A stretch of DNA of 64,000 bases from Planococcus sp. (in: firmicutes) (lineage in GTDB: Bacteria; Bacillota; Bacilli; Bacillales_A; Planococcaceae), in NCBI GenBank assembly GCA_035461005.1, contig DATHVZ010000152.1:21066-85065 (forward strand). Reading direction: 5' to 3'. Made by a program: the position numbers and the translations under genes. Below, piece by piece: positions 29,734 to 40,196 of the stretch (its first letter is position 1; each line of letters starts with the position of its first letter). The notes beneath the pieces were generated by a model, which was not told the origin of the DNA, did not search any database, and was given only the letters and a program-made list of their open reading frames with translations.

Positions 29734-30885
29734 TTAATAGGAGAATTTCTTTCTCGTCATCAACACCAAAACAATTGCCGGGAATGAGAAGACAATCATT
29801 CCGAGGAATGACAGACCGGGCGAAATTTCATAAAGAAATCCGCCGATGAATGTCAGCAGCGCAACGCTCAGGCTCATGGCGATGGCAGCATACATTCCCT
29901 GTGCGGCCGGAATATGAAGAGGGTCGAGATTTTTGAAAATAAAACGGATGAAAGCGAAATGAGCGACGCCGAATGATAGGGCATGCAGCACCTGCGAAAA
30001 GATGAATACCCAGACAGACGGGAACAGGAAGATCAGGATCCAGCGCAATGTGGAGCCGACGCCTGCCAACAGGAACATCGAGGAAACGCTCCACCTGTCG
30101 AACCATGTATCCGCTTTGGTGAAAAAGATGATCTCAAAGATAATGGCGACATTCAGGATGATCCCGATGTAAAAACTGTTGACACCGATGTCCTGTAAAT
30201 AGATGAAGCCATAATTATAATAAGCGGCATGGGCGCCCTGCAATAGGATCGAAACCGATAATACCGTCAGGAATGCTTTCGATTTCAGCAGTTCCCTGAC
30301 AGCCCCTTTGCTAGCTTTGTTTTTTGGTTCCGGTTTTATTGACAAAGGGGCGGGTGAAACCGCGGATTGGGTGATGGCCATGAACAGCAAGCCGGCCATC
30401 ATAACCCACAGGATGGCCTGTTCCTGCCATAGCGCGGTCACGACGCCGACAATCAGCAATGCGACAGTATAGCCGAGTGAGCCGAAGGAGCGGCTCTTGC
30501 CGTAGTGGATGCGGTCGGTCTGCATCAGGACGGTTGCGCCGCTTTCGATGGCAGGTAGAATGTTCGGGTAGACGAAGCTGAACAGAACAGTGATGGAAAA
30601 AAGCAGCACATATGAATTTGCGGGTATGTAAAACGCCATAATCACCAGTGAAGCAATGGCGAGAATCTGCATGAGGCGGCCGAGCGAGAACAGGCGTGTC
30701 AGCAGAGGGAAGAACAGCAGCGTGGACAAGGAACGGGCAATCATGCCGGCTCCCATGATAATGCTTGCCGCCGACACGCTGAGCCCTTTATCGTTTGTTA
30801 GCCACCCGGTCCAATAAGGAAGAAAAATCCCCCAGGTAAAGAAGAAAGCGAAAAAATTTAGTGACAGCCATTTTTGATTGTTCAT
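29734..30885 (-). CDS. MFS transporter (HcaT/MFS_1-like)
   Basis: GIFLPYW..WL, YGKSRSFGSLG, QVLHALSF. Confidence 0.88.
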   Translation of the reverse strand: MNNQKWLSLNFFAFFFTWGIFLPYWTGWLTNDKGLSVSAASIIMGAGMIARSLSTLLFFPLLTRLFSLGRLMQILAIASLVIMAFYIPANSYVLLFSITVLFSFVYPNILPAIESGATVLMQTDRIHYGKSRSFGSLGYTVALLIVGVVTALWQEQAILWVMMAGLLFMAITQSAVSPAPLSIKPEPKNKASKGAVRELLKSKAFLTVLSVSILLQGAHAAYYNYGFIYLQDIGVNSFYIGIILNVAIIFEIIFFTKADTWFDRWSVSSMFLLAGVGSTLRWILIFLFPSVWVFIFSQVLHALSFGVAHFAFIRFIFKNLDPLHIPAAQGMYAAIAMSLSVALLTFIGGFLYEISPGLSFLGMIVFSFPAIVLVLMTRKKFSY

Positions 30886-31006
30886 GATCGTTACCTCTAA
30901 TCTTTCAAAAGTCATTTCAAGTATATCGAAAGTTCATTGTTATAGGGAGAATTTCAGGCATAAAGGTGTTAGAATAATAAAGACCTCGAGAGAAAGAAGG
31001 AGAACT

Positions 31007-31873
31007 ATGCAATCTCGCTATTCAATGAATAAAAAAAATGAGAAACCTTATATAAAATGGATCCTGATCATCGGCGCTTTGCTGATTGCAGCGTCCATCA
31101 CCGTGTGGCTGTATCTTCATGATTGGGATATGGAGCGGAGCCTGGATGCATTGACTGGGAATGTTGCTGAACAGCCGGAGCTGGAAGCGGAAGAGCAGAT
31201 TGAAAAAGTGCAGGAAGGGAATGGCGTCATTCCGGAAGAGGAATCGGATGAGGTTGATGAAAACCTTCCAGTAACTCCGGAACCGGACGAAGACACACTA
31301 GAAGAAATCAAAGATGCGACTGTCTACCCTGAATCCATCGAATTGCCGGAAGAACCGACTTTCGTCAAAGGCATCCTGCTTGCGAACAAACAAAATCCGT
31401 TGCCGTCCGATTACGCCCCTGGCGTAGATCCGGAAGCGAAAAGCGCTTTTGACGCGATGCGCGCGGAAGCATTGGAGTCGGGAATCGATTTGATTGCATT
31501 CAGCACTTTCCGTGACTTTAATCGCCAGAAGGAATTGTATGAAGGATACGTAGCAAAAGACGGCCAGGAAAAAGCTGACCGCTACAGTGCCCGTCCCGGC
31601 TTTTCTGAACACCAGACCGGATTGGCCTTTGATATCGGAGAAACCGGTCAGGAGCAGCACTGGGCCAAGGAAAGCTTCGGCGGTACGGAGGGGGGCAAAT
31701 GGGTTGCTGAAAATGCACATCGATTTGGCTTTATCCTGCGCTATCCGGAAGGCAAAGAACAGCTGACCGGCTATATGCACGAATCCTGGCATTTCCGTTA
31801 TGTCGGAAAGCAGGCGGCAACGAAAATTTTTGAAGCGGACATCACATTGGAAGAATACCTGGAAGCAGACTAA
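31007..31873 (+). CDS. M15B D-Ala-D-Ala/LD-carboxypeptidase (VanY/LdcB-like), membrane anchored
   Basis: SARPGFSEHQTGLAFD, ESWHFRYVG. Confidence 0.92.
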   Translation: MQSRYSMNKKNEKPYIKWILIIGALLIAASITVWLYLHDWDMERSLDALTGNVAEQPELEAEEQIEKVQEGNGVIPEEESDEVDENLPVTPEPDEDTLEEIKDATVYPESIELPEEPTFVKGILLANKQNPLPSDYAPGVDPEAKSAFDAMRAEALESGIDLIAFSTFRDFNRQKELYEGYVAKDGQEKADRYSARPGFSEHQTGLAFDIGETGQEQHWAKESFGGTEGGKWVAENAHRFGFILRYPEGKEQLTGYMHESWHFRYVGKQAATKIFEADITLEEYLEAD

Positions 31874-31953
31874 CAAGTATTTCCTGGGAAATATAAAGCT
31901 AAAGGCACCAAGAGGTAAGCATTTGCTTGCCTTTTGGTGCCTTTAGGGTTTTC

Positions 31954-33408
31954 TTATAAAATCGGTGCCAGCAGACGGGCAATCGACTCTTTTGTTTTAA
32001 TCCACTTTGTTCTTTCATAATAGGTTTTCATTGTCAGTTCCGATGACAATTCCATATCCTGGAGGAACTGTCTGCCAAGTTCAGTGGAAACTTCCTTATC
32101 ATAAATAAAAGCGTTCACTTCAAAGTTCAGTTTAAAGCTTCGCACATCAATGTTGGCGGTGCCCACAGTTGATGCTTTGCCGTCCACGAGAATCATTTTG
32201 GTGTGAAGGAAGCCGTTGTCGTAGATGAATACCCGAGCGCCCGCCCGGAGCAACTGGCCGGCATAAGAGTAGGTGGCCCAGTAAACAAAAGGATGGTCGG
32301 GTTTGTTCGGAATCATGACCCGCACATCAATACCTGACAAAGCTGCCACACGGATGGCGTCATAGAAGCTTGCATCCGGGATGAAATAAGGAGTCTGGAT
32401 ATAGATATACTTGTCAGCCATATTGATGAGCTTCATATAACCGTCTTTTATCTGTTCCCATTCTTCGTCCGGGCCGCTTGAGACGATTTGCATGGAAGTT
32501 GTCCCTTTTTCCACAATGGCAGGAAAATAAATCTCATCATACTCGATATCCTGCCGGGTGGAAGCCTGATTCCAGTCACGGATGAAACGCGTTTGCAGCG
32601 GATGCAGCGCACCGCCTTCGAGGCGAAGGTGCGTATCGCGCCAATAACCGAATTTCCTGCTGAGCCCTATATACTCATCTCCGACATTAAAACCGCCGAG
32701 GTAACCGATGCAGCCATCAATGACGACGATTTTTCTGTGGTTGCGGTAATTTAGCCGTGGATTGATGAGCGGCATTTTGGAAGGGAAGAACGTTTCCACT
32801 TCTCCTCCGTGACTGATAAATTCATTGAAATGTCTTTTGCTCAAAGTTCGTGATCCCATATCGTCGTAAAGAAGCCTCACTTTGACGCCTTGTTTCGCTT
32901 TTTCGAGCAAGGCGTCCATAAGCCGTGTCCCCAATTCGTCAAGCCGGAAAATATAATATTGGATATGGATATGGTGTTTCGCGCCTTTGATATCCGCCAA
33001 TAATGCATCGAACTTATCGCGGCCATCATTAAAAATCTGTACATCATTATTTTGTGTCAGGACCGCACCGTTGTTCCGAAGGTGGAGGTAGATGAGATCC
33101 TTATATTCCTTGGAATTATCATTGCGGAAGTGGAACGTATCATCATGCAGTTCATTCATCTGATGGGCAATCAGATTTTCAATCCCGACCCGTGAGCGGC
33201 CTTCCCATTTAAATAATGTCTTTTTTCTCAGCTTTCTGCCGAGCAGCAGGTAGATGAAGAAACCGGCAATCGGAACGAAAAACAGAACCAACAGCCAAGC
33301 CCAAGTTGAAGAAGCATCACGGCGTTCGAGAAAAACCAATGCTGCAGCAAGGAAGAGGTTGAGTATGAAAGTTGTAACGGATAAAACGCTGATGATAGTG
33401 AAGGTCAT
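31954..33408 (-). CDS. cls: cardiolipin synthase
   Basis: Two HKD motifs (NHRKIVVID; LHTKMILVD). Confidence 0.95.
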   Translation of the reverse strand: MTFTIISVLSVTTFILNLFLAAALVFLERRDASSTWAWLLVLFFVPIAGFFIYLLLGRKLRKKTLFKWEGRSRVGIENLIAHQMNELHDDTFHFRNDNSKEYKDLIYLHLRNNGAVLTQNNDVQIFNDGRDKFDALLADIKGAKHHIHIQYYIFRLDELGTRLMDALLEKAKQGVKVRLLYDDMGSRTLSKRHFNEFISHGGEVETFFPSKMPLINPRLNYRNHRKIVVIDGCIGYLGGFNVGDEYIGLSRKFGYWRDTHLRLEGGALHPLQTRFIRDWNQASTRQDIEYDEIYFPAIVEKGTTSMQIVSSGPDEEWEQIKDGYMKLINMADKYIYIQTPYFIPDASFYDAIRVAALSGIDVRVMIPNKPDHPFVYWATYSYAGQLLRAGARVFIYDNGFLHTKMILVDGKASTVGTANIDVRSFKLNFEVNAFIYDKEVSTELGRQFLQDMELSSELTMKTYYERTKWIKTKESIARLLAPIL

Positions 33409-33553
33409 TTTACTTCCCCTTTTATGCAAATGTACATTGTACTTACAGTATAACCCTTTTTATTCTTGATAAGAAGAATTTGGAAGAATCCGAGCAACCG
33501 AAAATGGGTATGATAAAGCAAAAACCCGCTTCAAAAGAAACGGGCCTGCCGGT

Positions 33554-34384
33554 TTAATTGACTTGTTCCTGTTCCTTCAATTGCTCCACGATGCCTTCGA
33601 CTTCCGTCCGGCTCATTTTCTCTCTGCCTGATTTCAGCGCTTTTAATGTGCTGTGGGCAAGGGCAAGTGGGACTTTGCAGAACATAAGAATTCTCTTGTT
33701 TTTGATCGATTTTACATATAAATCGGCTTGAGCCAAGTTTTCATTGGCGTAATCGAACATATCGTCACGGGTCCAACCGTCAGGCACGAAACTGACTCCC
33801 CGTTCACGGTCTTCATCCAGATTCCGCAGCATATTGACGGCCTGCAGTCCACGGCCAAAACCGAGAGCCAGTTCAGGGTCTGTGTCAGTGTTGTCATGCC
33901 ATTTCCACAAATCGGACAGCATCGTTCCAACTAATCCTGCAACATAATACGTATAATCATCAAGATCTTCACGGGTGTGGATGACAAATTTTCGGTCTAC
34001 CCACTTTGCCATTCCATCCGCCATTTCTGCTGTCGACTCCAGAACTTTCGGTGCGATTTCAGGAGGGCAGACGCTGATCCAGTCAGCAAGTCGGAGACTT
34101 ACTTCAGGGAGCATATGCTCGTATGGTTTGAGCATTGATTCATAGGCTTCACGGTCGAACGGCAGATGCAGCATTTTGCTGGTTTCTCTTAATAGCCGGC
34201 TTTTAACTCCATCCTCCAATTCTGGATGATCTTCGAGTTCGTCGATTGCGCGCATGCATAGATAAGCTGAGCCTACAGTCTTTTTTAGGACAGGTTCCAA
34301 AAAGCTGATGGGAATGAAAAAAGTGCGGCTCGTCTCTTTCAGCATGACCATTGACTCTTTTTGCAGATTCGCAACTTTACTCAT
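33554..34384 (-). CDS. squalene/phytoene synthase family protein (YisP-like)
   Basis: TSRTF, YLCMRAIDELED, YTYYVAGLVG, LQAVN.LR. Confidence 0.88.
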   Translation of the reverse strand: MSKVANLQKESMVMLKETSRTFFIPISFLEPVLKKTVGSAYLCMRAIDELEDHPELEDGVKSRLLRETSKMLHLPFDREAYESMLKPYEHMLPEVSLRLADWISVCPPEIAPKVLESTAEMADGMAKWVDRKFVIHTREDLDDYTYYVAGLVGTMLSDLWKWHDNTDTDPELALGFGRGLQAVNMLRNLDEDRERGVSFVPDGWTRDDMFDYANENLAQADLYVKSIKNKRILMFCKVPLALAHSTLKALKSGREKMSRTEVEGIVEQLKEQEQVN

Positions 34385-34577
34385 CTCAAATTCCTCCTTT
34401 TCAAATGGCTATACCCGGAACGTGTATGTATGTTTTCCTGCGCAGTCCATTCATCTGAATGAAATTGCCTTCCCATTAAATATAAACTATCTGAGCGAAA
34501 AAACAAAAGATAATACGGTTATGCCATAAGGGAATAGAAAAATCCCTCTCCAAAACTGAAAGTTTGGAAAGGGATGC

Positions 34578-35297
34578 TTATTCTGGATGGAAATAGTTCC
34601 AGGCTTCCTGGATGCCTCCCGCGCAAACTTTTGAAGCTCTGAAAATCATTGGGCTTTCGGGGCTTTGGAGCAACTCGGGCTGAGCATTTCCAACTATTAC
34701 AGAAGGGAAGCCCAATGTCAGCATTTCCTTATCATTCCCTGAATCCCCTGCAACCAGTATTTTCGTCTCATGTGCGTTGAATTTATCAAGGATGTATTCG
34801 AGTGCCGCCCCTTTGCCGCTGTTTGCAGGCAGGATATCAAGGTCACGGCCTCCGCTGAAAATCAGCTTATGCGGGATGCCGGCTGAAAACAATAGCTGTT
34901 CAAAGGCGAGGACTGTTTCGATGTCATCCGCGTAAAAAGAGCAGCGGTTGCTGACGGGAAGGTCCTGTTTTTTTAATCCTTTGATAGAGGCGGCAAGTTC
35001 GTCAATTGCCTCCGGTTGCCAATGACGGAGCATCCTGCTTTCCCAGTCCCTGTCTTTTGCGAGAGCGGGTCCAAGATGGATTTCTGTGCCGACGTCTGTA
35101 ATCAGCACTTCTGGAATTGGCAGATTTTCTTGTTCTATCAATGACATTGCCGATTGGTAATGGCGTCCGGTGATATAGATAAGGGAGACATCATATTGCT
35201 GGACATCGTAAAATCCAAAAAGCCTGTCCAATCCTTTTCTGTCACCGACCAGTGTTCCATCCAAATCGGTTGCCAACAAATGGGTTGCGTCGTTCAT
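34578..35297 (-). CDS. HAD-IIB sucrose-phosphate-phosphatase-like hydrolase
   Basis: LATDLDGTL, ITGR, PEVLITDVGTEI, DILP..SGKG, GDSGND, VGNAQPEL. Confidence 0.88.
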   Translation of the reverse strand: MNDATHLLATDLDGTLVGDRKGLDRLFGFYDVQQYDVSLIYITGRHYQSAMSLIEQENLPIPEVLITDVGTEIHLGPALAKDRDWESRMLRHWQPEAIDELAASIKGLKKQDLPVSNRCSFYADDIETVLAFEQLLFSAGIPHKLIFSGGRDLDILPANSGKGAALEYILDKFNAHETKILVAGDSGNDKEMLTLGFPSVIVGNAQPELLQSPESPMIFRASKVCAGGIQEAWNYFHPE

Positions 35298-36504
35298 TAT
35301 TTACCACCTCATACATTTTCAATACTCTTTCAGAAATAGAAGGCCAATGGAAATCTTTTTTGGCCACTTCCACGGCCTGGCGACTGAGTCTTTGGGCGAG
35401 AAGGGAATTGATCGAGATAACTTCCATCGCCACCGCCAAATCGACTGCATTCTTCGTTTCTACTAGAAGGCCGGTGACGCCATCCTGCACGACATTTTTC
35501 AGTCCGCCGACATTGGATGCGATGACCGGGCTTCCGCAGGCCTGTGCTTCTGCTGCGACCATACCGAATGATTCATAGAAACTTGGTACGATTGTCGCGG
35601 TCGCGGAATTGAATAGAAGCGCCAATTCCTCCTGTGATTTCGGTCCAAGAAATTCCACGTGTTCTTCAATGCCACGCAGGGCTTTTCGAATTTTATGGCT
35701 TTTCGGCAGGTTGGTTACCGGGTCGATTGCATCCGGTTCACCGCCAGCAAGAACCAACCTTGGACGGTACGTATCTGCTGTTTTTTCGGAAAGCAATTTG
35801 AATGCGTTGAGCAATGTGAAAATGCCTTTTGTTTCTTCCAGTCTTCCGGCGAAGACGAATAATGGGCTGGAATAGCCGAGCTTTTTACGAATATGGGTCC
35901 GGCTGCCGCGCACTCTGAATGCTTCGTCAACACCGATGGGGATTACACTGATGGGAGAAGGAGAGACAACTTGCTGCCTGATCAAATACTTTTCGCTGTT
36001 AGTCGTAGCGAGCACCTGATCGACTTTTTGCAAAATTGCTGTTTCAGCTTGTGTACGAGTATCATCTTCAATACCTGTTGCTTCTTCTTTTGCCCAACCA
36101 AGAGAATGGGATGTATGGATGAACGGCAGTTTGAACTCTTCTTTCAATTTCATACCGATTAATCCTGACAGCCAATAATGCGTATGGACAATGTCATAAG
36201 TATCGAGGGGCAATGATTCTTTCATTTCTTCATAAAAAGCCTGAAGCATCGAATGCATCTCATTTTTCGATACGAATCCTTTATATCCGGCTTCGATCCG
36301 GATAACACGGCAGGATTTGCCGAAATTCTCGATCTGCGGGGCAGACTCGTCACACCAATGCGTGACGACATCGACTTGCACTCCTTTGTTTTCCAATGCA
36401 AGTGCCAATTGTTTTACATAATTATTCTGGCCACCGGCCTGCTTACCACCCAACTTTGCCAAGGGATCTCCATGATCCGAAACAAATAGAACTTTCTTAA
36501 TCAT
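35242..36504 (-). CDS. GT4 glycosyltransferase, sucrose-/mannosylfructose-phosphate synthase or MshA-like
   Basis: HGDP..GGQNNYV, HTHYWLSG, HTSHSLG, GRLEETKG, ESFGMVAAEA. Confidence 0.85.
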   Translation of the reverse strand: MIKKVLFVSDHGDPLAKLGGKQAGGQNNYVKQLALALENKGVQVDVVTHWCDESAPQIENFGKSCRVIRIEAGYKGFVSKNEMHSMLQAFYEEMKESLPLDTYDIVHTHYWLSGLIGMKLKEEFKLPFIHTSHSLGWAKEEATGIEDDTRTQAETAILQKVDQVLATTNSEKYLIRQQVVSPSPISVIPIGVDEAFRVRGSRTHIRKKLGYSSPLFVFAGRLEETKGIFTLLNAFKLLSEKTADTYRPRLVLAGGEPDAIDPVTNLPKSHKIRKALRGIEEHVEFLGPKSQEELALLFNSATATIVPSFYESFGMVAAEAQACGSPVIASNVGGLKNVVQDGVTGLLVETKNAVDLAVAMEVISINSLLAQRLSRQAVEVAKKDFHWPSISERVLKMYEVVNNERRNPFVGNRFGWNTGR

Positions 36505-36568
36505 CGAGTTCATCTCCATTCTATTTTCAAAAAACAGTTGATAAAAAAATTGAGACTACGTAGTCTGT

Positions 36569-36594
36569 ATACCCAATGGTTTAGAATTGTAAAC
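36569..36594 (-). promoter_or_regulatory. SigB-type promoter
   Basis: GTTTAC-N14-GGGTAT. Confidence 0.75.
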
Positions 36595-36706
36595 ATTTAA
36601 ACTGAAAATTAATATAATTGTAAAAACTTGGGGACCCAACACGAAAAACGCCAGTTTTTACTGGCGCTTAAAAGTTGTTCCTATTTTCTTCAGCTGGACA
36701 TGCAGA

Positions 36707-37549
36707 TTATTTGCTCACAAACTTTCCGTGGGAGGGAACGGCTTTGTCCTGGAAATTCTTCGCCAGGTCGACGAGCCCTTCCGCCAATGATGAGCCGTAG
36801 ATCGGTTTGCCGTGGCCGGTCACGGCGATTGACGGCTGTAATTCAGCCAGTTTCACAACCGACTCCCACGCTGCCCGCCAGTCAGTGGTCAGATAGACAG
36901 GAGGCCCGCAAATTTGTTTTTTCTGCGTCAAAACTTTATAGAGCGAGTCCTGTTTCACAGTTACAAAAGCGTCTCCGGCAATCAGCAGTTTGCCGGCTTT
37001 TCTGAACAACGAAACATGGCCGTCCGAATGGCCCGGGGTATGGAGCCATTGCCAGCCAGGCATGCCAGGAACCGACCCATCAGCCGGCAGTTCCTTGAGA
37101 TGTTCTGAAATATCGATGGCTTCCACCGGGAACGCTTTGGAAATTTTGGCGACCAGCCCGCCTTGGACCGATGAATCGGGTTGCGGGTAATCAGTGATGC
37201 CTTTTAAATAGGAGAATTCCAATGGATGCGCATAAACGGGAACCGGATATTTTTCAAGGATGTCCACGATGCTGCCAACGTGATCAAAATGGCCGTGTGT
37301 AAGAATGATTGCTTTCAAATTATGGTCTGGGCCAAAGCGGTTCTCAGCCTCCTGAAGAATTTTTTTGGCAGAATTCGGCATTCCGGCATCGACCAGAATC
37401 CAATCATTGCTCTGTTTCGGGTTGCCGATGAAAAAGAGGTTGACAACCTGATTGGTGTAGCAATAAACATCGGGTGCGACTTCAACCCCGGCACCGCTTT
37501 TTAGGGAAGTCACCGGCAGGGTGGTTTCAGTGCTTTTGCTTCTTTCCAT
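36707..37549 (-). CDS. MBL-fold metallo-hydrolase (YflN-like)
   Basis: THGHFDHVG, HTPGHS.GH, AGDA, TGHG. Confidence 0.9.
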   Translation of the reverse strand: MERSKSTETTLPVTSLKSGAGVEVAPDVYCYTNQVVNLFFIGNPKQSNDWILVDAGMPNSAKKILQEAENRFGPDHNLKAIILTHGHFDHVGSIVDILEKYPVPVYAHPLEFSYLKGITDYPQPDSSVQGGLVAKISKAFPVEAIDISEHLKELPADGSVPGMPGWQWLHTPGHSDGHVSLFRKAGKLLIAGDAFVTVKQDSLYKVLTQKKQICGPPVYLTTDWRAAWESVVKLAELQPSIAVTGHGKPIYGSSLAEGLVDLAKNFQDKAVPSHGKFVSK

Positions 37550-37590
37550 TTTTAGTTCCTCCTGTCATCATAGCGTTTCTATTTCATGCT

Positions 37591-37616
37591 TTACCCGCAA
37601 ATACGAAAATTGAATC
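37591..37616 (-). promoter_or_regulatory. SigB-type promoter
   Basis: GATTCA-N14-GGGTAA. Confidence 0.55.
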
Positions 37617-37702
37617 AGGACATGCCAGTTTCGGGAGAAGTTGAGTCTCCTGCTCATGTGCTTTAAAATGAAAATCATATGAAGTGAGGAAAAGGTGAAG
37701 AT

Positions 37703-38821
37703 ATGAATTCAGTAATCATTATAGGTGGAGGAATTCTCGGAGCAGCCACTGCTTACGAGGCGTCAAAGGCGGGGGCGAAAGTCGTGTTGATCGACCGCGC
37801 AGATTCCGGCCAGGCTACAGGGGCAGCGGCGGGCATTGTCTGTCCGTGGATTTCCCAACGGCGCAATAAAGCCTGGTACCATCTTGCGAAGAGCGGCGCA
37901 AAATATTACCCGGAATTGATAAAGGAATTGGAAGATCTCGGGGAAGCGGAAACGGGCTATAAACAGGTTGGTATCGTCAGCATTCACGAAGACAGCAAAC
38001 TGGATAAAATGGAAGCAAAAGCACGTGAGCGGAGGGAGGATGCACCCGAAATGGGGATCATCGAACGGCTGAATGCTGAACAGACAAAAGCTTTGTTTCC
38101 GCATGCGGGAACCCAATACGGCTCTCTTTATGTCAGCGGAGCAGCCCGGGTCGACGGCCGCTCCGTGCGGGATGCTCTGACCAGCGCTGCCCGGAAACTG
38201 GGAGCGGAAATTGTCGCAGGAGATGCAAGGCTTCTTGTTGAAAACAATAAAGTAATTGGAGTGGGAGCGGATCAGCGGGAATTTTACGCCGACAGCATCG
38301 TGTCAGCGGGAGGAGCCTGGGCTCCCGAATTGTTCCGACCGCTCGGCCTCGCGATGGACGTCGTTCCACAAAAAGCGCAGATTCTCGAGCTGCAGCTCGA
38401 AGAAACAGCGACAGGCGACTGGCCGGTGGCGATGGTGCCGTTCGGGCAATATATTGTGCCGTTCGCAGGGGGGCGCATTATTGCAGGGGCGACCCATGAA
38501 AACGACGCTGGTTTTGATACCAAGCTGACAGCGGGAGGCATCCACCACATCCTCGATAAAGTACTCGATGTGGTACCCGGCTTGGCTTCTGCTGAACTGA
38601 CAGGGGCGAGCACCGGTTTTCGGCCTTCGACGCTGAGCGCATTGCCGTTCATCGGACAGGTCCCGGGGCACGACAATCTGTTCGCTGCCAATGCACTTGG
38701 TTCTTCGGGTCTGACAGCCGGGCCATTCCTGGGTGCGCAGCTGGCAAAACTGGCGATGGGAAGTGCAACAGACATCGAATTGAGCGATTATGCTATTGAA
38801 GAGGTTTTTCGTGAATTATAG
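37703..38821 (+). CDS. FAD-dependent oxidoreductase (DadA/YurR family)
   Basis: IGGGILG, QATGAAAGIVCPW, GFRP, LGSSGLT. Confidence 0.9.
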   Translation: MNSVIIIGGGILGAATAYEASKAGAKVVLIDRADSGQATGAAAGIVCPWISQRRNKAWYHLAKSGAKYYPELIKELEDLGEAETGYKQVGIVSIHEDSKLDKMEAKARERREDAPEMGIIERLNAEQTKALFPHAGTQYGSLYVSGAARVDGRSVRDALTSAARKLGAEIVAGDARLLVENNKVIGVGADQREFYADSIVSAGGAWAPELFRPLGLAMDVVPQKAQILELQLEETATGDWPVAMVPFGQYIVPFAGGRIIAGATHENDAGFDTKLTAGGIHHILDKVLDVVPGLASAELTGASTGFRPSTLSALPFIGQVPGHDNLFAANALGSSGLTAGPFLGAQLAKLAMGSATDIELSDYAIEEVFREL

Positions 38822-38853
38822 GAATGAGAAAAACCCGCCAATCGGCGGGTTTT

Positions 38854-40080
38854 TTATTGTCCGTTAATTTGATTGTAGACGTCCAGGATGAATGTTTTGT
38901 AGGGAAGGTCGGGCATGGGTTCGATATTTTCTTTGGCGATTGCCGCATGTTTTACGGCGGACTCATGATCGCCCAATTTCTCGTAGACCAATGCCAAGTA
39001 TGCATCTTTTTCGTAATGCATCGATAAATCATATGGATGGTGAAGAAATTCCCATATCTTGTGTTTTTTCAACCAAACCAGTGCTTCTTCAAACTCTCCC
39101 AGGCCATATAACGCTTTGCCTTTTTCGAGTGTAAAAAGGAATGTCGTAATTTCTTCGTGTTTCGCTAAGTTACGATCAATTATTTCATTGGATTTTTCAA
39201 ACTCGTGTGCAACCGAATTCAAGTAGTGAATTTCTATCGCATCCGAAAAAGCTGCCATTTCTTTGTCGTCCAGAAAATTGGCGAATAAGCGAAGCTTTTC
39301 GCAGTAATAGTTTTTCCGTTCAATGTCCTGATCCAAGACGGCCTGGAATCCGGCCAGGCGGTAGAGGCTGTCGATTCGATAAAAAATTTGCTGCTCTTTT
39401 GAGTAATCTATCGCATTTTGCATGATTCTGGTGGCATTTTCCCCGTCTCCGATAGCGGAAAAGAGAATAGACTCGTAATAATCGAAATCCAGTTTTTTCA
39501 AAGGATCCAAGACGCCGGCTCTTTCTTCAAAAACTTTCCGTGATTCCTGGATCATTGCAAGAGCTTCACTGTAGCGATGTTCAGTGAAACTCGTCATCGC
39601 CCGGAAAATGTGGATTTCCGCGCTTTGGTTGATCATGTGCAAACCTTCATAAATTTCTTCCGCCTTTTTTAAAGCGCTCTGCCATCCGTCCAGTTTTGCG
39701 TGATAGCTGCATCGGCTGTAGATTTCGAGTAGTCTTGCTGATTCGTAACGGAACGGAAGCTTCTCTTTGTATGGTTCTATTTTCTGTACAATATTTTTGT
39801 ATTCTTTAATGAGTTCTTTGCTCATAACGTCCAATTTATAGAGTTTTTCCACTTCCTGAAGCAATTTTCGTATCTCCACCGTCGAAAATTCTTCCAGCAA
39901 TTCGTTTTTATTGATTCCCAGTCGTTCTGCGATATAGGCCAGACTCTCCATTGAAGGGTTGGCTTTGTTATTTTCAATGAGGCTGAGCATCCCTTTGGAC
40001 AGCTCCGCCCCGGCCAACGCCTGCAAAGTCAGGCCTTTTTCTTTGCGCAATTTCCGGATGCGTTCACCTAATGAAGCCAT
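38854..40080 (-). CDS. XRE HTH regulator with C-terminal TPR-like helical domain
   Basis: LGERIRKLRKEKGLT..LSLIENNKANPS; long helical C-terminus. Confidence 0.88.
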   Translation of the reverse strand: MASLGERIRKLRKEKGLTLQALAGAELSKGMLSLIENNKANPSMESLAYIAERLGINKNELLEEFSTVEIRKLLQEVEKLYKLDVMSKELIKEYKNIVQKIEPYKEKLPFRYESARLLEIYSRCSYHAKLDGWQSALKKAEEIYEGLHMINQSAEIHIFRAMTSFTEHRYSEALAMIQESRKVFEERAGVLDPLKKLDFDYYESILFSAIGDGENATRIMQNAIDYSKEQQIFYRIDSLYRLAGFQAVLDQDIERKNYYCEKLRLFANFLDDKEMAAFSDAIEIHYLNSVAHEFEKSNEIIDRNLAKHEEITTFLFTLEKGKALYGLGEFEEALVWLKKHKIWEFLHHPYDLSMHYEKDAYLALVYEKLGDHESAVKHAAIAKENIEPMPDLPYKTFILDVYNQINGQ

Positions 40081-40103
40081 TGTCTCACCTGCTTTTCTGT
40101 ATA

Positions 40104-40179
40104 GTTTAATTATATTAAACTTTCGCTTGCAATGCCAATAAAAGCGTGATATATTTTGTTTAATTAAATTAAACTTTCG
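40104..40179. promoter_or_regulatory. two 22-bp operator repeats flanking a SigA promoter
   Basis: GTTTAATTA(T/A)ATTAAACTTTCG at 40104 and 40158; TTGCAA-17-TATATT (40127-40155) between them. Confidence 0.75.
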
Positions 40180-40196
40180 GAGTGGAGAGTGAAAAA

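Noticed and set aside
34411-34436. GGGTAT upstream of the squalene-synthase-like gene as a SigB promoter
   Set aside because: No acceptable -35 element at 13-14 nt spacing.
36707-37549. AHL lactonase call for the MBL protein
   Set aside because: HxHxDH is generic to MBL folds; the overall pattern fits YflN-like hydrolases better.
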